A stretch of DNA of 63,932 nucleotides, filler included. It is 7 parts of 7 records of this genome, joined end to end, with 100 filler letters (N's around TTAATTAATTAA, not from the genome) between each part and the next. Parts side by side here need not be neighbours in the genome. Positions count along the whole stretch, not along the records: positions 50,273 to 56,576 come from DRR723986_10941; positions 56,677 to 63,932 come from DRR723986_10945; 5 more parts are not named here. One strand, 5' to 3'. The notes beneath the pieces are model-generated. The model was given only the letters and a program-made list of their open reading frames with translations, did not search any database and had not been told where the DNA came from. A program made the position numbers and the translations under genes. This document shows, piece by piece, positions 50,723-60,898 of this stretch. The stretch's first letter is position 1, and every line of letters starts with the position of its first letter.

Positions 50723-51772
50723 ATGCAATCCGCGGGAACAACGACCCGTGAAGAATATGTACGCCTGAAGGAACACAATCGCCTTCAGCTTATCATATTT
50801 ATCATTATTGGTACACTTGCCAGCGTCGCATTCTTCCTTTATGCGTCGATGCCTGTGCTTGAGTGGTTTTTTGCGAATTTTTTGGAAGCGGAAGTTACTC
50901 GCGGCCAGGATTGGTCGGACTATGTGTCCTGGGTCGTTATGGTCACGACCGAAATGGGAACGGAGTCTACCTACGTTCTTAACCCGCTCCTCTGTTTTTT
51001 CCCTATCTGTGTTGCGTTTGGACTTGGGGTGGCATTTTATACCAGTGCGCTGATTTCGCACCAGTATGGCCTGGTATTCCAAAAAATTCAACGTGAAATT
51101 GTTAATCAGCTCGACAAAGTTGCGCGGATTGTATACCACGAAAATGTGGAAAGTGATCACAGCCAACTTGAGGAAGAACTGATGGGAATGGATAACCGCC
51201 AATTGCACCAGCTAGCGGCCGATCATCAAATTCCCTACGACGAGCTTAACACGCTTAAGCGCGCCCTGCGCTGGCGGCGGCTGCGCGGATGGCGTAAAAT
51301 TACCAGTGTGCACGACGGTATTGGACTGTACATGCGGCACTATTTTACGCTGGAATATGGTAATGGAATGTTGGGTATTGTCTACATTGGTGCGGCAGTT
51401 CTGATTATCGTGATCGGAATGCGCGGCCTTAAGTTTATTCCAGCCTCAGCCCCGTCAATTGTGGTTTCAGCGCTTAACCTGGAATTTGTGCTGCTGATTA
51501 TTTACGCGATGACGGTGATTTACACCAAAGACGAGGATGCTGCGAATCGGCACAGCGATTCCAGCGCCAGCCTTGAGCAAGGTGAGAGTTCCAATGCGCT
51601 GCTGGCAAAAATCGTCGAAAAGCTGGATGCACTTAATCCTCACGCCAACACTGAGTCGCGTCCTGAAAGCAATAATGGTAAAGTTGATTCCGCCGCTGCA
51701 CGTGAAATGGAGGATTTGTTGCGGGTCTTTGTTGATCGCCAAAACGACGCAAACAAAGCCGGCGAGGGTTAA
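50723..51772 (+). CDS. Hypothetical multi-pass membrane protein with GldL-like TM hairpin
   Basis: Long ORF; N-terminal TMs, soluble middle, two C-terminal TMs (VYIGAAVLII; ALNLEFVL) and a polar tail. Confidence 0.75.
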   Translation: MQSAGTTTREEYVRLKEHNRLQLIIFIIIGTLASVAFFLYASMPVLEWFFANFLEAEVTRGQDWSDYVSWVVMVTTEMGTESTYVLNPLLCFFPICVAFGLGVAFYTSALISHQYGLVFQKIQREIVNQLDKVARIVYHENVESDHSQLEEELMGMDNRQLHQLAADHQIPYDELNTLKRALRWRRLRGWRKITSVHDGIGLYMRHYFTLEYGNGMLGIVYIGAAVLIIVIGMRGLKFIPASAPSIVVSALNLEFVLLIIYAMTVIYTKDEDAANRHSDSSASLEQGESSNALLAKIVEKLDALNPHANTESRPESNNGKVDSAAAREMEDLLRVFVDRQNDANKAGEG

Positions 51773-51778
51773 GCGCGT

Positions 51779-53857
51779 ATGCTCGAAAAAAACGTTCTGG
51801 TGGGGCGCGATAAAGAGTTGAAGCTAATGCTCGACTTTTACAGTGGTGCGCGCAAAACCGGTCGGGGCGTGATGGTCGCCATTGAAGCTGAATCAGGATT
51901 TGGTAAGACCCTGCTCGTAGATCGTTTTCTGGAAAATATCCGCAACCGCAACGATGGTTCGCTCTCTGCCGATGCTCACTGCCAGGCTCCGGTTGGTGAC
52001 ATGCGCGTCGGTGAAATTCAGCCGCTGTATCCCTTCCGTAAACTACTCGAAACGCTCAGTGCCGAAACCGAAGGCGCTGCGCGCAAAAAACTGTTAATGA
52101 ATATGGGGATGACGGTCCTGTCCGTTATTCCAATTATCGGTGATGTGTTTTACGGGATTAAAGAATTCCGGCGTGATATACGCGAGTACAAAAGTGATAG
52201 CAGCGATGGCAAGGAAAACAAAGAAGAGGACGGCAAACGTTTAATTCAACAGTTTGCTGAAGGCCTCAAAAAAATTGCGGCAGAAAACTTCCTGGTATTA
52301 TTTCTGGACGATTTTCATTGGGGGGATGCCCAGTCGGTTCAACTGCTGGATCAATTGGCACGTAATATTGGTGATATGCAAGCGATGATAATTGTTGCAT
52401 ATCGTCCCTCGGAAACCGCTGGTAGTTTACACGCCGTTACCAATGTTGTCGCCGAAGCCAAAAGCAAGGGACGCATTGGCGCATTGATGAAATTACGCGT
52501 ATTTGACGAGAATAATATTCGCGAAATGTTAAATGCATTTGCACCCAGGTTAAGTCAATACGATCAACTTGTTAGCTGGCTTTCTGAACGTTCTGCAGGC
52601 GTTCCGGGGGTCTTGGCCGAATATATCCGTTACTTTGGAACGAATAGTCCCATTGACGAAGCAGGTGCTCTCACCGAACAACTGCATGACGAAGCATTTA
52701 TACCCACGACTGTTAACGCATTGTTTGCCTCGACGCTGGAACGTTTGTCGGAAGAGGACCGGACTTTGCTCTCACTCTGCGCTGTAGAAGGCCGTGAGTG
52801 TACGGTATATGTTGTGGCGCGACTGTTAAACAAGGATGTGTTAACAACCGTCAGGCGTTTGCGTTCGGTGCAGCGGCGCACCGGGATTGTGCGTAGCATT
52901 GGTCCACGCATGATGTACGGTCACAAAACGACAGTGTACGAGTTTACTCAGGCTTTGTATCACGGCCTGTTTATGCGCTCACTGGAGTACGAAGAGAAGA
53001 CAACTATTCACGCGCAGATTGCTGAAATTCTGCGTCGTGACCTTGATGAAGCTGCCACAGAGGAGGAGCGTGAGCAGATTGTGCCCTACCTAGCCGCGCA
53101 CAGCGATGGAGCGGGTGACGACAAGGAAACGCGTTCGATGTTACTGGAGTCGGCGCGTATTACCGATAAATACGAGAGCAGCGACGTCACGCGTTCTTTG
53201 TTTAACCAATATCTGGCGCATGAGCCTGCAATGGCAGACGAGCAGGATTTGTTTGAGCGTCAGGCGTTTGCATCGCTGCTTGGGCGCCGTGGGTTGGAAG
53301 AGGCGGAAGCAATTTTTGAGGAGTTGCCGCAGATTCAGGATGTTGAGCCGGGTGCTCTGTGGGCTGCCGCGCGTGGCACCATTATTCGCAAGTTCTTACG
53401 CAATGATTTCCGCGCTGCAAACTTTTTGATTGACCGTTTCAAGAATGAAAACGAAGATAAGATTCTACCGCCTGAATGCATCATGGAGCTGGAGTCGATG
53501 CGTGCGCGTTGTTTAACAGAAGTCGCCGAATACGATAAGGCCGAGGCTAGTGCACGTACGGCCGTTGCTGCCGCGCAGCGTCACGAAAATGCCTTGTGGC
53601 ACTGTCTGGCACTTAACGCATTGGCAGTGATCTATCGCCGGCAGGGGCGTCGCGGCCAGGCGGAGGAAGTGTTTCAGGAAGTCGGCGAAGTTTCGTTAAA
53701 GCTTGGTCGGGAGATGCAGCTTGTCACCAGCGCAAACCTGGCAGCGTTTTTACATCATTCTGAGCCGAAGAAATCCGACGAGTATCGTAGGGCCGCATTA
53801 AAGCTGGCAGGAGAGATGGAGCTGCATGCCTTAAGTCGCGACTTGACTCTTCGTTAA
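51779..53857 (+). CDS. STAND-like/AAA_16 P-loop ATPase with C-terminal TPR-like helices
   Basis: LVGRDKEL, Walker A AESGFGKT, Walker B LFLDDFHWGD, GVP motif, YEF.Q winged-helix-like motif, Ala-rich TPR tail. Confidence 0.85.
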   Translation: MLEKNVLVGRDKELKLMLDFYSGARKTGRGVMVAIEAESGFGKTLLVDRFLENIRNRNDGSLSADAHCQAPVGDMRVGEIQPLYPFRKLLETLSAETEGAARKKLLMNMGMTVLSVIPIIGDVFYGIKEFRRDIREYKSDSSDGKENKEEDGKRLIQQFAEGLKKIAAENFLVLFLDDFHWGDAQSVQLLDQLARNIGDMQAMIIVAYRPSETAGSLHAVTNVVAEAKSKGRIGALMKLRVFDENNIREMLNAFAPRLSQYDQLVSWLSERSAGVPGVLAEYIRYFGTNSPIDEAGALTEQLHDEAFIPTTVNALFASTLERLSEEDRTLLSLCAVEGRECTVYVVARLLNKDVLTTVRRLRSVQRRTGIVRSIGPRMMYGHKTTVYEFTQALYHGLFMRSLEYEEKTTIHAQIAEILRRDLDEAATEEEREQIVPYLAAHSDGAGDDKETRSMLLESARITDKYESSDVTRSLFNQYLAHEPAMADEQDLFERQAFASLLGRRGLEEAEAIFEELPQIQDVEPGALWAAARGTIIRKFLRNDFRAANFLIDRFKNENEDKILPPECIMELESMRARCLTEVAEYDKAEASARTAVAAAQRHENALWHCLALNALAVIYRRQGRRGQAEEVFQEVGEVSLKLGREMQLVTSANLAAFLHHSEPKKSDEYRRAALKLAGEMELHALSRDLTLR

Positions 53858-54082
53858 TTGCTGTGTTAAACATTTTTGCGGTGCGTTTATTGCCGGCGGT
53901 AGTTGTTGAATATTTAGCGGCGCTTTGAGCCGTGTGTTTTGCTGCGCTACACATCCGTCTCAGGCTTGGGTGATTTTCTTGCTAGTTGTTGTGTCTGGAT
54001 GGTTGAGCCTTGAGATTGTTAATTGATGGCCTCGTTAACACAGTGGCTTTGTTAAGTCGATTCGTTTGGGGCCACTGGTTGG

Positions 54083-54895
54083 TCAATTGAAATAGCCGCG
54101 GAAGAAGCCCTGTTCTACAGAGCTGAGCGTATTAGAAATGTTAAGGTCAATTGCGACACTGATGATGCCATTGGACAGCCCGCTGTATTGGTTGCGGATA
54201 ATGTTGTTTTGGCACGAGCAGGTGCGGACTGTCGCTTTTGCAATTCCAACGACGAATTCACACTTTGTTGATTCATAGCCGATAACGTAGAGGGATCTGT
54301 CTGCGAACCCTTCGGCTACTTTTTTTGCTTCTGCGCGATACATGTTTTTGCAGTCTGCTTCGCAGCTACCTCGAATATGGAAGCCGTATTTCATGGGGAA
54401 TTCACAGCAAAGGTGAATTAGGCTTGGGTAGGTGTCGAAGTCGCAGTTTTGAGCGCCTATACTCAGCAGGTGATTGGCAATGTCAAGCTCACCTACAGCT
54501 ATTAATGGATTACTATTCCAAATGCTGTTACTATCGACAATCATATAGGATGGGATATAACATTGCAAAACTTGTTTAACCAGGGCTTGCACGTAGATTA
54601 TATATACTGTTTTTTGCCTGGATGAATCGGACGCGTTGTCTGTTTCAGTGGCATGCACGTGCGGATTCCGGCACGTTGATGCAAGGGCGAGGATGCAGAC
54701 TAAGAGCATAAGTACTGAGGTTTTTGCCTTGGGAGATTTGTGACTTGACACTTGTAGCTCCTGTCTGACTATGTTTGGGGCTGTTATGTACGACCGTGAC
54801 TGGATCGTCATTTCTATTCCGCCATCTTTTACTTGAGACTTCTTGCGTTCGCAGATAGTTACATTGAGGCTGTTTGTTAATAAGCCATTCATCAC
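54083..54895 (-). CDS. Cys-rich hypothetical protein (ORFan; start uncertain)
   Basis: 270-codon open frame with a hydrophobic signal-like segment MLLVCILALAST; no recognised family. Confidence 0.5.
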   Translation of the reverse strand: MMNGLLTNSLNVTICERKKSQVKDGGIEMTIQSRSYITAPNIVRQELQVSSHKSPKAKTSVLMLLVCILALASTCRNPHVHATETDNASDSSRQKTVYIIYVQALVKQVLQCYIPSYMIVDSNSIWNSNPLIAVGELDIANHLLSIGAQNCDFDTYPSLIHLCCEFPMKYGFHIRGSCEADCKNMYRAEAKKVAEGFADRSLYVIGYESTKCEFVVGIAKATVRTCSCQNNIIRNQYSGLSNGIISVAIDLNISNTLSSVEQGFFRGYFN

Positions 54896-55197
54896 TCGTC
54901 TAGAGTAGATTTAGTGGAGTTATTTAACCTGACGATTGGGAGAGTACCGTTACCGTTGTGCTTGTTAACTAAGAGAATGACTGCAGGTTCGAGCGGGGCG
55001 AATTCTTGATACGCGAGTAAAGCGTCGATGTTTTGCGTCCGTGCTTTCCGTCAGGTTCCATCGGTGAGTTGTAAGATTGTCGGCAGGAGTTAGTTGCTTG
55101 TTCAAGTCCAGTCCACATGCACAGAGTTGTTTTGCGGTATTTTTAGCATGTGGTGCCAAATCTCACGAAAATGACCGCCCAGTCCCATGAACGTGAC

Positions 55198-56479
55198 TGA
55201 TCTTTCTCCCTTATCCGGGACACGCAGTTAAGAATCAGGAAAAAATGATAGTTTCAGTAAAGGAGACAATCATACGAGTCAGCAACCACGCCACAGATTT
55301 GAGCCAGAGATTGTGTTTGAAATTGTACCTTTACTGTTGGAAGATGGCCGCGATGTCGAGGGCCTTTTACAGGAACTGGGGATCGGCCGCGGTTTGTTGA
55401 ACCGTAGATGTCGCTAGTGTTTCGGCGTTGGCGCACAGCGTTCAACAGACAGAGTGTGCGTAAAGCGAGCGAGCTGGAGAAGCTGCGGCGATACCTGGAG
55501 CGTACTCAGCACCATTTGGCACGCGCTGAGATGGAGCGCGATATCTTAAAAAAACAGTGACATTTTCACGCATCCGTCCAAATGAAGGTGGCCGCAGTGA
55601 TACAGCCCGCAACAGAGTATCCAGTGACAGTCCTGAGCCGGACTCTCGGACTAAGCCCAAGTGGTATTACCGTCATCGTTTCAAGAAGCCAGAGTATCTC
55701 TCCAGTCTGCGCGTGGCCATCCATCGCGTGTTCCGGCAGCCTCGGGGTTGTTAGCGGTTCACCGCGTATCACCCGAACCTTACGAACCGAAGGGTGGAAC
55801 GTCAATCTTAAGTCCGTCAAACGTCTCATGCACGTGGAAGGCTTAACGACAAAGTCTGCCAGGCATCGTGGTATTCGAGCAACGAACTCCTGCCATGGTC
55901 TGCCGATTTCCCCGTACCCTGTTGCAGTGCTGTTTTAGCGCCAAGAAACAGTATATTATCTCGGTGACCGAAACAATCTACTTTGCAACACGTGAGGGTT
56001 GGTTGTATCTGACGAGCATCCTCGATCTGTTTAGTCGGCGCGTGCTGTGGTGGTCGATGAGTGACCATAATGACCGCAAGATGGTGTGTGCAGCGCTGAG
56101 GATGGGAATTGCCAATCGCAGGCCGCCAAAAGGACTGGTCTTTTATTCCGACATTGTTAGCACTTTTGCTTCACAAGGTGTCAGAGACACGCTTCAGGAA
56201 CATGGCATGAAACATAATATGAGCCGCAAGGGGGACTGCTACGATGATGCTGCGCTGACATCTTGGCATATGTTTCTGAAACGGAAGTCATGCATCGGCT
56301 CTAAATGCTAATTACCGCATGTAGCTATGGCGGACATTCTCAGTTCAGCGCAAGCTTTTACATGCGATAGTCGGTCACTCTTAAAACAATCAGCCTGGTT
56401 GGAAACGAACAAAATTTTGCTGAGCATTTGCTCGCTGCACCACAAATAGAAGATAACCTAAAACATTTAGTGGATATCA
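55198..56479 (+). mobile_element. Degenerate IS3-family element (orfA/orfB pseudogenised; right end uncertain)
   Basis: Left end TGATCTTTCTCCCTTATCCGGGACACGCAGTTAAG resembles the IS3 IRL; orfA end EMERDILKK on an A7 slip site; orfB GSPRI, EGWLYLTSILDLFSRR, MSRKGDCYD; stops and frameshifts. Confidence 0.85.
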
Positions 56480-56576
56480 TTGTCAGGGCCCGAAAAAAAA
56501 GCACCCCACTGGTATGCTAAAAAACTAAGTATTTTGCGTCCGTGTAATCGTTTTTGTTAATACAATGATACGCCGC

Positions 56577-56676
56577 NNNNNNNNNNNNNNNNNNNNNNNN
56601 NNNNNNNNNNNNNNNNNNNNTTAATTAATTAANNNNNNNNNNNNNNNNNNNNNNNNNNNNNNNNNNNNNNNNNNNN
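56577..56676. other. Artificial contig spacer
   Basis: N-run with TTAATTAATTAA. Confidence 0.99.
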
Positions 56677-56677
56677 G

Positions 56678-57001
56678 CATTTTCGCGTGCTTCGCCTTCT
56701 GCAAGAAAACCCTGAAATGTCTCAGCGTGAGATAGCGGAGGCAGTCGGCGTTAGTGTCGGTGGGATCCATTACGTGCTGAACGCCCTGATCGACAAAGGG
56801 CTAGTGAAACTGGGAAATTTCACCGCCGCAGAAGACAAACGCCGATATGCCTACGTTTTGACGCCGAAAGGTATCGCGCGGAAGGCAGCCCTGACGCGAG
56901 CGTTTTTGGTGCGGAAGATGGAAGAGTACGAGGCGCTCAAGGAAGAGATCGAGGCTCTTCAAGTCGAGATAGATGCCAACGCTTCACAGAAGCTGTCTTG
57001 A
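56678..57001 (+). CDS. MarR-family EPS-associated transcriptional regulator, 5'-truncated
   Basis: NPEMSQREIA, YAYVLTPKGI, FL.RK..EYEAL; upstream of polysaccharide genes. Confidence 0.9.
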   Translation, partial: HFRVLRLLQENPEMSQREIAEAVGVSVGGIHYVLNALIDKGLVKLGNFTAAEDKRRYAYVLTPKGIARKAALTRAFLVRKMEEYEALKEEIEALQVEIDANASQKLS

Positions 57002-57112
57002 TCGCATTAGCAACTCGCTTGGTGGCCTATGTATAACGAGAAACGGCGAATTTCGGCACGGGCAGGAATTGGACGCTGGCTGCGCCGATGAGAAATAGAG
57101 TTTGAGGTTTCA

Positions 57113-58252
57113 ATGAAAAAAGTATTGCTCGTCTTTGGGACTCGCCCAGAAGCCATTAAGATGGCTCCTGTTTATGAAGTCCTCAAGGCAACCCCAGGCC
57201 TTGATGTACGTGTGGCGGTCACTGCTCAGCACCGCGAAATGCTGGACCAGGTTCTGCGTCTGTTTGGGATAGAACCCGACTACGATCTGAACGTTATGAA
57301 ACCTGGACAGGGGCTCACCGAGATCACCGCAGCGGTGCTTGCTGGGCTTAAGCCGGTGCTGGAAGAGTTTTCGCCGGATTTGCTGCTGGTCCACGGCGAC
57401 ACGACGACAACGCTGTCGGCCTCGCTCGCGGCCTATTACCAGCAGGTCCCGGTGGGCCATGTCGAGGCGGGGCTGCGGACCGGCAACATCTATTCGCCCT
57501 GGCCCGAAGAGATAAACCGCAAGGTGACCGGCACCATCGCGCGGCTCCATTTCGCCCCGACAGAAAAGGCCGCCTCGAACCTGAAATCCGAGGGCGTGGA
57601 AGAAGACCAGATTTGGATTACAGGAAATACGGTCATCGATGCATTGCTCGAAGTAGTCGAGCGGCTCGAGAACGATCCACAGCAAAGCGCGGCATTCGAC
57701 TCGGAATTCGGCATCGACCCGACCAAGCGCCTGATCCTTGTGACGGGGCATCGTCGGGAGAGCTTTGGGGGCGGCTTCGAGCGTATTTGCTCTGCACTTG
57801 CCACCATAGCGAAGCGGGAAGGCGTACAGATCATTTATCCAGTTCACCTGAACCCGAACGTTAAGGGCCCTGTAGAGATCAGCCTCGGTGAGCTTGAGCG
57901 TGTTAAACTCATTGCGCCGCAGGATTACCTGCCTTTTGTGCATCTGATGCGTCGCGCAGACTTAATACTGACTGACTCGGGCGGCGTGCAGGAAGAAGCG
58001 CCGTCGCTCGGTAAACCGGTGCTAGTGATGCGCGACACGACCGAACGGCCTGAGGCGGTGGACGCCGGCACGGTCAAGCTGGTGGGTACTGATGCCGATT
58101 TGATCGTACGAGAAACGAGTAAGCTCCTCGACGATCAAGCCGCCTACGACGCGATGTCGCGCGCCCACAATCCCTACGGCGATGGGTTGGCCTCTCAGAG
58201 GATCCGCGATGCCGTTTTGTCATTCCTTACGATCAAGCAGGATCAGCAATAA
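57113..58252 (+). CDS. wecB: UDP-GlcNAc 2-epimerase (non-hydrolysing)
   Basis: [43 protein letters not shown]. Confidence 0.96.
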   Translation: MKKVLLVFGTRPEAIKMAPVYEVLKATPGLDVRVAVTAQHREMLDQVLRLFGIEPDYDLNVMKPGQGLTEITAAVLAGLKPVLEEFSPDLLLVHGDTTTTLSASLAAYYQQVPVGHVEAGLRTGNIYSPWPEEINRKVTGTIARLHFAPTEKAASNLKSEGVEEDQIWITGNTVIDALLEVVERLENDPQQSAAFDSEFGIDPTKRLILVTGHRRESFGGGFERICSALATIAKREGVQIIYPVHLNPNVKGPVEISLGELERVKLIAPQDYLPFVHLMRRADLILTDSGGVQEEAPSLGKPVLVMRDTTERPEAVDAGTVKLVGTDADLIVRETSKLLDDQAAYDAMSRAHNPYGDGLASQRIRDAVLSFLTIKQDQQ

Positions 58253-59514
58253 TGCCTGAGCTCCCTTTCAAACGCATTTCCGTCATCGGGCTTGGCTATA
58301 TCGGCCTTCCGACCGCTGCCATGTTCGCCTCACGAAAAATCGAGGTGGTGGGTGTCGATGTGAACCAGAAGGCGGTCGACACAATCAACCGCGGCGAGGT
58401 GCACATTGTCGAACCTGATCTCGACTTGGTGGTACGCGCAGTGGTGAAGGAGGGCTATTTGCGGGCCACCATGGTACCTGAACCCGCCGAGGCCTTCCTG
58501 ATCGCTGTACCGACCCCGTTCAAGGGCGAAAACCACGACCCCGACCTTGGCTTCGTCGAGGCGGCGGCCCGTGCCATCGCGCCGGTGCTGGAGGCCGGCA
58601 ATCTGGTGATCCTAGAGAGCACCTCGCCCGTTGGCGCAACCGAGGCCATGGCCGACTGGCTCGCCGAAGCCCGGCCCGACCTTAGTTTCCCCCAAGACGC
58701 GGGCGAAGGCTCTGACATCCGAGTGGCCCATTGCCCCGAGCGGGTGCTGCCCGGCAAAGTTATGCAGGAGCTGATCACCAATGACCGGGTGATCGGCGGC
58801 ATGACCCCTCTTTGCTCCGAGCGCGCCGTTGTGCTCTACAAAGCCTTCCTAGCGGGGGACTGCGTGATCGCCAGCGGGCCGCGCGTCGCTGAAATGGCCA
58901 AGCTCACCGAAAACAGCTTCCGCGATGTGAACATCGCCTTTGCCAATGAATTATCGCTGATCTGCGACAAGTTGGACATAAATGTCTGGGAATTGATCGC
59001 ATTGGCCAACCGCCACCCACGCGTGAATGTCCTGCAACCGGGGCCGGGCGTTGGTGGGCATTGTATCGCAGTTGACCCATGGTTCATCGTATCGTCGGCC
59101 CCCGAGCATGCCAAAATCATTCGCACTGCACGAGAAGTCAATGACAGCAAGCCAAGCTGGGTCATGGACAATATCCGCGCTGCAATCGGCGAACATCTGC
59201 TAGCCAACCCCACCAAGACCGCAGCCGAGATTTGCGTGGCGGTCTATGGACTGGCGTTCAAACCCGACATCGATGATCTGCGCGAAAGCCCGGCCCTGCG
59301 CATCGCCACCCAGCTAAAGGCAGAGCATCCCGGCAACCTGGTTTTCGTTGAGCCAAACATTGAAACACTGCCTGAAAAGCTTCAGGGAGCCTCACTGAAT
59401 TCAGTGGAAGAAGCGCGGGAAGCGGCTGATATTCATGTCTTCCTGGTCGCCCACAAAGAATTCCGAGCCGTCCCGGCGGAGCTGCAGAATGTAATCAATA
59501 TCGTCAACATATGA
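58252..59514 (+). CDS. wecC: UDP-ManNAc dehydrogenase
   Basis: GLGYIGLP, AVPTP, CPERVLPG, KLTENSFRD, GGHCIAVDP, FKPDIDDLRES. Confidence 0.95.
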   Translation: MPELPFKRISVIGLGYIGLPTAAMFASRKIEVVGVDVNQKAVDTINRGEVHIVEPDLDLVVRAVVKEGYLRATMVPEPAEAFLIAVPTPFKGENHDPDLGFVEAAARAIAPVLEAGNLVILESTSPVGATEAMADWLAEARPDLSFPQDAGEGSDIRVAHCPERVLPGKVMQELITNDRVIGGMTPLCSERAVVLYKAFLAGDCVIASGPRVAEMAKLTENSFRDVNIAFANELSLICDKLDINVWELIALANRHPRVNVLQPGPGVGGHCIAVDPWFIVSSAPEHAKIIRTAREVNDSKPSWVMDNIRAAIGEHLLANPTKTAAEICVAVYGLAFKPDIDDLRESPALRIATQLKAEHPGNLVFVEPNIETLPEKLQGASLNSVEEAREAADIHVFLVAHKEFRAVPAELQNVINIVNI

Positions 59515-59569
59515 AACGCGCCAAGATCGATAAGCCGACTGAAAGCACAGAGGGGCACTCGCGTACAAA

Positions 59570-60898
59570 ATGATTGCAACCAGCGCTTCCTTTAATGCAC
59601 AGGAAAACAGATTGCAAAAGCTGAACACTCAGCATGCACTCTGGGCGTTGATTGCATTCATCGCTGCACAAAAATTCGTACTCCCCGGCATTTCGGGGCT
59701 TATCTGCCTGATACCGTTTGTGGCCGCGCTGATAAATTTCGGCCGAAATGAAAAACTGCGCAACACTCTGTTATTTTTGGCATTATTCTGGTCTATTGAT
59801 AATGCCGTATCAGAATTCGGGCACACCCCTTCGGCTGTTAGATACCTGATCTACGTGACGATAATTCTAACACTTGCCCTGAATTGCGTGATTAAAAAGA
59901 CGGGACTTTTGGGGTGGACTTTGGCTTTCGCGCTGTATTTGGTGAACACGTTACTGCATGCCAATGACACCCTGAGTGGCGTACAAATGTGGCGGGATTT
60001 TCAGATCTTGCTGTTGGGCGGAATCCTTTTTAGCCTGAGAACCAGGCGGGCCTATGATCTAGACACAGGATTGCTGTTCTATTCCACCATCGGCTATTTG
60101 CTTTCCGAATGCGTGAACTACATTGCATTTGGGGGAATCTGGTATGGCCATTACATGTCTTACGATACCACCAAATACCTCATTGTCATCCCGTCGTTCA
60201 TCGCGCTCTTCGCAGGCAGGCCGCTGGTAGCCTGGGTCTTGGTCGGATTGACTATTTTGGTCCTTCTTGGTTATACGCACCGGACTTTGTTCGTGGGGTA
60301 TTTGATTTCATTAGTCGCCATCTTGGCAGTGCTGCCCATGAAAAACGCGCTCACAAAGCGAGTTTTTGCGATCGCGGGCGTAGGTCTGGCGATCCTTCTG
60401 ACCAGTCGGCTTGACACCACAACAGCGTTTGAAAGCAATAAAGCGCTTAATATGTTTAACCTCATCCAACTCCACGGCCTTCAGGCCCTTGAGCTCTTGG
60501 ATCCTGTCCGTTTTGCATCTTCGGCTATCTTCTTTGAGCTTCCCCTGTTTGAATTGCTATTCGGCCGAGGGCTGGGAAGCGGAATCTATGATGCCAATCA
60601 GGTATTCGGTTTTGTGAGATTGGACCAAACGGCATTTTCGGCCACAGAACTGCAATCAGGTTATTTCTTCAATTTCCACGACGTTTGGGTGGATGTGGGA
60701 CTTCGGTTTGGCCTACTTCCGTTCGCCCTCTTTTTAATCTGGGTACTGCGGTTGAAACCTGTCGGTAATCGCTCCGGAACCTGGATATGGCTATTGACTT
60801 TTGTCGGGATACTTTCCGCGTTTTATGGAACATCAGGTCTCATTTCGATTGCCGTACTGCTTCGCGTGATTCAGTCGTATCGTGCCTCTCTTGTTTAA
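59570..60898 (+). CDS. Putative O-antigen/polysaccharide polymerase (Wzy-like)
   Basis: About 11 TMs; late loop with R...FGRGLG...FHD...GL (Wzy_C-like). Confidence 0.7.
   Translation: MIATSASFNAQENRLQKLNTQHALWALIAFIAAQKFVLPGISGLICLIPFVAALINFGRNEKLRNTLLFLALFWSIDNAVSEFGHTPSAVRYLIYVTIILTLALNCVIKKTGLLGWTLAFALYLVNTLLHANDTLSGVQMWRDFQILLLGGILFSLRTRRAYDLDTGLLFYSTIGYLLSECVNYIAFGGIWYGHYMSYDTTKYLIVIPSFIALFAGRPLVAWVLVGLTILVLLGYTHRTLFVGYLISLVAILAVLPMKNALTKRVFAIAGVGLAILLTSRLDTTTAFESNKALNMFNLIQLHGLQALELLDPVRFASSAIFFELPLFELLFGRGLGSGIYDANQVFGFVRLDQTAFSATELQSGYFFNFHDVWVDVGLRFGLLPFALFLIWVLRLKPVGNRSGTWIWLLTFVGILSAFYGTSGLISIAVLLRVIQSYRASLV

Noticed and set aside
55198..56479. Active IS3 with programmed recoding
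   Set aside because: Multiple stops and frameshifts, a lost orfA start and eroded DDE motifs indicate decay
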